Positions 56,710 to 64,000 of a DNA stretch of 64,000 nt are shown here, piece by piece. A program made the translations under genes and the position numbers. The notes under the pieces are model-generated. The model saw only the letters and a program-made list of their open reading frames with translations, was not told the origin of the DNA and searched no databases. Origin of the DNA: Myxococcota bacterium. Lineage in GTDB: Bacteria > Myxococcota_A > Polyangia > Nannocystales > Nannocystaceae. Numbering within the stretch: the stretch's first letter is position 1; the number at the start of each line of letters is the position of its first letter. Where the stretch lies: positions 128,001 to 192,000 of the forward strand of contig JBCCHT010000024.1 in the NCBI GenBank assembly GCA_039028615.1. Direction: 5' to 3'.

Positions 56710-59607
56710 TCAGGGGGCCGCGGGATCCGGCTCGCTCGGAGGGGGCGCGGTCGCGGCGGACAAGAACGCTTCGACCTGCGCCCTCGCGCCGTCTCGCCCC
56801 TTCGCTCCCTTCAGCTCCTCCCGAGCCTGCTCGGCCAACGCTCGGGCTCGCTCCCGATCGCGCCCGTGGTCGACGGGGGCCTCCCACAGCGCTCGAGCGA
56901 GCAACAAGTGGGTCGTGGCGCGGGCTGGTGCAGCTCCGTCGTTGTTGTCGTGCAGGCTGGAGGCACGCTCGGCCGGGGCGATGGCATCGGCGGCTCGACC
57001 CTGCGCGAGGGCGACCTCGGCGAGGCCGTTCAGCGATCCGACCAGCCGCGGATCATCGGCCCCATGGGCCGTCTCATGAATCTTCAGCGCCCGCTCGAAT
57101 CGAGTCCGCGCGCCGTCGTAGTCCTGGGTGGCGACCAGGACCGCGGCGAGATTCTCGAGCGACGTTGCCAGTAGCGGGTGGTCGGCGCGGAGCTTGCGTT
57201 CCTGGATGCCGAGCGCCTGCTCGGCCAGCTCTCTCGCCCGCTCGTACTCCCCGAGGTTGCGGTGAACGACGGCCAGGTTGGCGAGAGACCGCGCCATGCG
57301 AGGGTGTCCGGGGGGCAGGGTCTTGCGGCGAATCTCGAGCGCGCGCTGATACAGCGCCTTGGCGCGCTCGTAGTCCCCGGTGGAGTTGTTGGCGATCGCG
57401 AGGTTGTTGAGCGTACCCGCGACCCGGGGGTGCTCGAGGCCGACCGTCTTCTCGTGCACGGACAACGCGCGGCGCAGCAAGGCCTTGGCCTCATCGAACT
57501 CGCCCAAGCGCCCGTGGAGGGTGGCGAGGTTGCTCAGCGCGATGGCGACGTTCGGGTGCTCGGGCCCCAGGATCTTCTCCTGAATCGACAGCGCGCGGAC
57601 GTAGTGCTGCTTCGCCTGCTCGAGCTCACCCATGAGGCTTCGAGCCGAGGCGATGGACGTGGACACGGCGGCGCGCCGAAGTCCTCGCTCTTCTTCGCCG
57701 AGGACCTCGAGCAGAGCCTCCGCATGGAGCGACCAGCGGAGCCCATCGTCGTAGTGTTCCCGCTCGAGGGTGACGGTGCCCGACAGGGTGACCGCGGTAT
57801 CGAGCGCCTCTTCGAATGCGCTGGCCTTCATCGCCTGGAAGTACGCCGCCTCCAGGACCTGCTCGGCCTCGGGATACTTGCCGATGCGCTTGAGCAAGGT
57901 GCCCACGTGGTGCTCGGCCCGGGCTCGCAGCGGAGCCCAGTCGAGCTTCTCCGCCGCCGCGGACGCTTTGCGGGCGACCTCGAGCCCGCCGTTGTAGTCC
58001 CCCGCGGCATCGAGCGCGGTCGCGCGGGACAACAGCGAGCCGAGTTCACGGACCGCCTCGCGGTCGTCGGGGATCGGCGGCATGCTGCGCAATCGAAGCG
58101 GATCGCGGCAGGGCTCGATCTGCGAGAGCCGGGCCGCGGCGCCCACCGCCTTGCGTACGGCGGCCTTCTTGCCCTCGGACAGCTCGGACACCAGGGCCTC
58201 GAGCTCCATGCGGCGGTCGTCGAGGCACCACACGGCGCGGTCGAGCGTGTCCTCGTCCCAGGTGTCGTGCACCCGCGTATCGAGGCACGAGTCGGTGCGA
58301 GCCTCTCGCCAGGCCTCGGCCTGGGCGTCGAAGTAGGGCAGCACGTTGTCGGCGCTGGTCTGCGCGTAGGGCTCGGAGGAGGACCGCAAACCCTCCTTCA
58401 GGGCGTTGCGCGACGTGTCGCTCCAGACCTCGGCGATGCTCGCTCCCGCCGCTTCGCAGTCGGCCACGGCTTGCTCGCGCTGCACATGCGTGACTCCGAG
58501 CCAGGCCACGGCTCCCAGCGCAGCGGCGACGCCCAGGCCCCAGGTACGACGGCGCCGGGTCGGGTCGGCCTCGAGCGCGGCGATGAGATCGTCGATGCTG
58601 GCGTAGCGATCCTCGCGTTCCTTGGCCATGCCCCGCTCCATCACGCGTCGCAGCCAGCGGGGGACGGAGGCGCTCGAAGGCGGAGGCGCCAGGTTGCCAT
58701 CGCAGACGTTGAAGCACAGCTCGGCCATCGTCTCGCCGCGAAAGGCACGCTGGCCGTACAGCGCCTCCCACAGCGTGGCGCACAGCGAGAACTGATCGGT
58801 GCGCTCGTCCGCGACGAGACCATGGAACTGCTCGGGCGCCATGTAGGCGGGCGTTCCCATCACCGCGCCTGCTGCGGTGAGATCGATCGAGAGGGCAGAC
58901 ACCCGCGCCTCGAAGGGCCGCGGCTGCCCCGGCTCGAGCGAGCGCTTCGGCTCCTTGGGCACGATACGCTGCGGCCCGCTCTCGTCCCCGCCCGCCCGCG
59001 CGAGGCCGAAGTCCATGACGCGAACGCGACCGTCGTCGCCCACCATGATGTTGTCGGGCTTGATGTCCCGGTGCAGCAGGCCGGCATCATGCGCCGCCAC
59101 CAAGCCGCGCGCGGCCTGGAGCATGACGGCCAGCACCTGCCGCCAGCCGGGATTGGCCAGCGTGCGCCAGTCGCCGAGGGTCTTGCCGTCGACGAACTCC
59201 ATCGACAGCCAGACTTGACCCTCGTGAGTGCCCACATCGTGGATCGCAACGACATTGGGGTGTCCGAGTTTGGCGAGTGCTTGGGCTTCACGGAGTAACC
59301 GCGTGCGTGCGGTCTCGGTGCCCTTGCCACGAATGAGGAGTTTGAGCGCGACCTTGCGATCGAGCTCAGCATCATAGGCGCCATAGACCACCCCCATGCC
59401 GCCGACGCCGAGCCGTCGCAAGATCATGAGGCGGCCCACCGCCGCGCCGCGCGTTAGCTCGGTCGCCTTTGGGTGCCCGCCCTCGCGCGGCGTACTGTCG
59501 GGATCCGCTTTGGTGGGATCCAGGGGGCGGCTCACACGGGGCTTGTCGGGTACGCTCGATGACGGGTCGATCTTCGTGGCATCGAGGTCGATTGGTCCGC
59601 CGCCCAT
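56710..59607 (-). CDS. Membrane Ser/Thr protein kinase with TPR repeats
   Basis: GVGGMG, VALK, HRDIKPDN, DFG and GTPAYMAPE motifs, a TM segment and a TPR array. Start uncertain (59607-59643). Confidence 0.93.
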   Translation of the reverse strand: MGGGPIDLDATKIDPSSSVPDKPRVSRPLDPTKADPDSTPREGGHPKATELTRGAAVGRLMILRRLGVGGMGVVYGAYDAELDRKVALKLLIRGKGTETARTRLLREAQALAKLGHPNVVAIHDVGTHEGQVWLSMEFVDGKTLGDWRTLANPGWRQVLAVMLQAARGLVAAHDAGLLHRDIKPDNIMVGDDGRVRVMDFGLARAGGDESGPQRIVPKEPKRSLEPGQPRPFEARVSALSIDLTAAGAVMGTPAYMAPEQFHGLVADERTDQFSLCATLWEALYGQRAFRGETMAELCFNVCDGNLAPPPSSASVPRWLRRVMERGMAKEREDRYASIDDLIAALEADPTRRRRTWGLGVAAALGAVAWLGVTHVQREQAVADCEAAGASIAEVWSDTSRNALKEGLRSSSEPYAQTSADNVLPYFDAQAEAWREARTDSCLDTRVHDTWDEDTLDRAVWCLDDRRMELEALVSELSEGKKAAVRKAVGAAARLSQIEPCRDPLRLRSMPPIPDDREAVRELGSLLSRATALDAAGDYNGGLEVARKASAAAEKLDWAPLRARAEHHVGTLLKRIGKYPEAEQVLEAAYFQAMKASAFEEALDTAVTLSGTVTLEREHYDDGLRWSLHAEALLEVLGEEERGLRRAAVSTSIASARSLMGELEQAKQHYVRALSIQEKILGPEHPNVAIALSNLATLHGRLGEFDEAKALLRRALSVHEKTVGLEHPRVAGTLNNLAIANNSTGDYERAKALYQRALEIRRKTLPPGHPRMARSLANLAVVHRNLGEYERARELAEQALGIQERKLRADHPLLATSLENLAAVLVATQDYDGARTRFERALKIHETAHGADDPRLVGSLNGLAEVALAQGRAADAIAPAERASSLHDNNDGAAPARATTHLLLARALWEAPVDHGRDRERARALAEQAREELKGAKGRDGARAQVEAFLSAATAPPPSEPDPAAP

Positions 59608-59650
59608 CCATCCCGAGTTTCCCACGGCTTGCGCGGGCACCATGGTAAAT

Positions 59651-62911
<3,261 letters not shown>

Positions 62912-62988
62912 GGGTCCGCCGTAGCGGGTCGAACGCCGTTGGCCCCACCTCTTGTCCGTCGCGCTCGCCTTGCTACCGTGGTTGACGC

Positions 62989-63621
62989 ATGGACGACTGG
63001 GAGCTTCTCGCTGCGTGGCGTGACGGCGACGAAGCCTCGGGAGAGGCGCTGGTCCGACGCTACCTCGGCCTGCTCACCCGGTTCTTTCGCAACAAGGTGA
63101 GCAGCCTCGAAGACGCGGCGGACCTGGTCTCGGAGACGATGCTCGCGTGCACCAAGAGCAAGGAGCGCGTGCGCGAGGGCGAGGCCTTTCGCTCGTTCCT
63201 CTTCGCGTCGGCCATGAACATGCTGCGCCGCTACTATCGCAAGAAGGCCAAGCGTCAGCGCGAGCTGGACGACTTCGCCGACGTCTGCGTGGGGGACACG
63301 GGCGGGCCGCGCTCGATGAGTTCGATGATCGCCACCGTGGAGGAGGGCCAGCTGCTCGTGCGGGCGCTTCGCCGGATTTCGCTCGACTACCAGATCGTGC
63401 TCGAGCTCAACCACATCGAAAACCTCACTGGCCTCGAGATCGCGGAGCTGCTCGGCGTGGCGAAGCCCACCGTGTACTCGCGGCTCCGTCGCGGCAAGGA
63501 GAAGCTGCGAGAGATCATGGTCGAGCTCGAGGCGTCACCCGAGCTGGTCGACTCGACGATGATCGGTCTCGACACTTGGGCCGCCCGGATTCGCGAAGGC
63601 ATGTCGCCCTCATCATCGTGA
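62989..63621 (+). CDS. ECF RNA polymerase sigma factor with short C-terminal extension
   Basis: LLAAWRDGD, DLVSETM, FRSFLFA and EIAELLGV...TVYSRLRRGKEKL. Paralog of the ECF at 7962-8582. Confidence 0.93.
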   Translation: MDDWELLAAWRDGDEASGEALVRRYLGLLTRFFRNKVSSLEDAADLVSETMLACTKSKERVREGEAFRSFLFASAMNMLRRYYRKKAKRQRELDDFADVCVGDTGGPRSMSSMIATVEEGQLLVRALRRISLDYQIVLELNHIENLTGLEIAELLGVAKPTVYSRLRRGKEKLREIMVELEASPELVDSTMIGLDTWAARIREGMSPSSS

Positions 63622-64000
63622 CAGTGACGGACTCTGGCTCGAGTTCGTCTCCGTCCGATCCGCGTGGGCAGTGGCTCGATGCGCCCGTCGATGGTGGTGT
63701 GCGAAGAGGGAGTCACAACCGACGCCCGGGAGTATGCAAAGAAATTTCGATTTCTCTCAAAACGGCCACGGCGTGGGGAATTTGGACGAATTTTGGGCGT
63801 TTTGATCGGGCCCCGAGCGCTGAACCATCGCAAGCGAGTGAGGCCAATGACCCTCGTTGCAACGCGGGGCGAGGGCGAACTTTTTTGCGATTTTCTTTTT
63901 TCGAACGTCGATCTTGAAAGGTGCTCAGTTGCCGCTAGCTTGACGCACATGTGTGTGGGAATGCGTGGGGGATTGTCGATCCTTGGTGCCGTGATGCTGA

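Noticed and set aside
63640..64000. AT-richer right-end region as ncRNA or mobile-element end
   Set aside because: No tRNA/rRNA/riboswitch pattern or terminal repeat was recognised. It is probably the promoter region of a gene beyond the window.

Overview
Very GC-rich, densely coding bacterial DNA whose gene content points to a myxobacterium (Nannocystaceae-like; inference from content only). It holds seven paralogous membrane Ser/Thr kinase genes (six complete with TPR arrays, one cut by the left edge, one a predicted pseudokinase), four ECF sigma factors, many Cys-rich or acidic lipoproteins, and two convergent cytochrome-c lipoprotein/Tat-protein pairs (DUF1592-like + DUF1552, CxxCH lipoprotein + DUF1501). 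It also holds a LodA/LodB quinoprotein oxidase pair, a HemN-like radical SAM-MFS-DUF418-ABC-F run, a TMEM2/CEMIP-like G8 protein, a Mesh1-like HD hydrolase, and TetR and LysR units with candidate operators. The most striking element is a two-gene module at 3770-5333: a CRP-family regulator and a convergent Apyc1-like metallo-beta-lactamase cyclic-nucleotide phosphodiesterase. Each gene is preceded by the same TGTGA-N6-TCATA box exactly 34 nt before its start codon, with a TAnnnT -10 element 6 nt before the start. This suggests a self-contained cNMP sense-and-erase feedback circuit. No rRNA, tRNA, CRISPR array or mobile element was recognised. All family assignments come from motifs recognised by eye, not from database searches.
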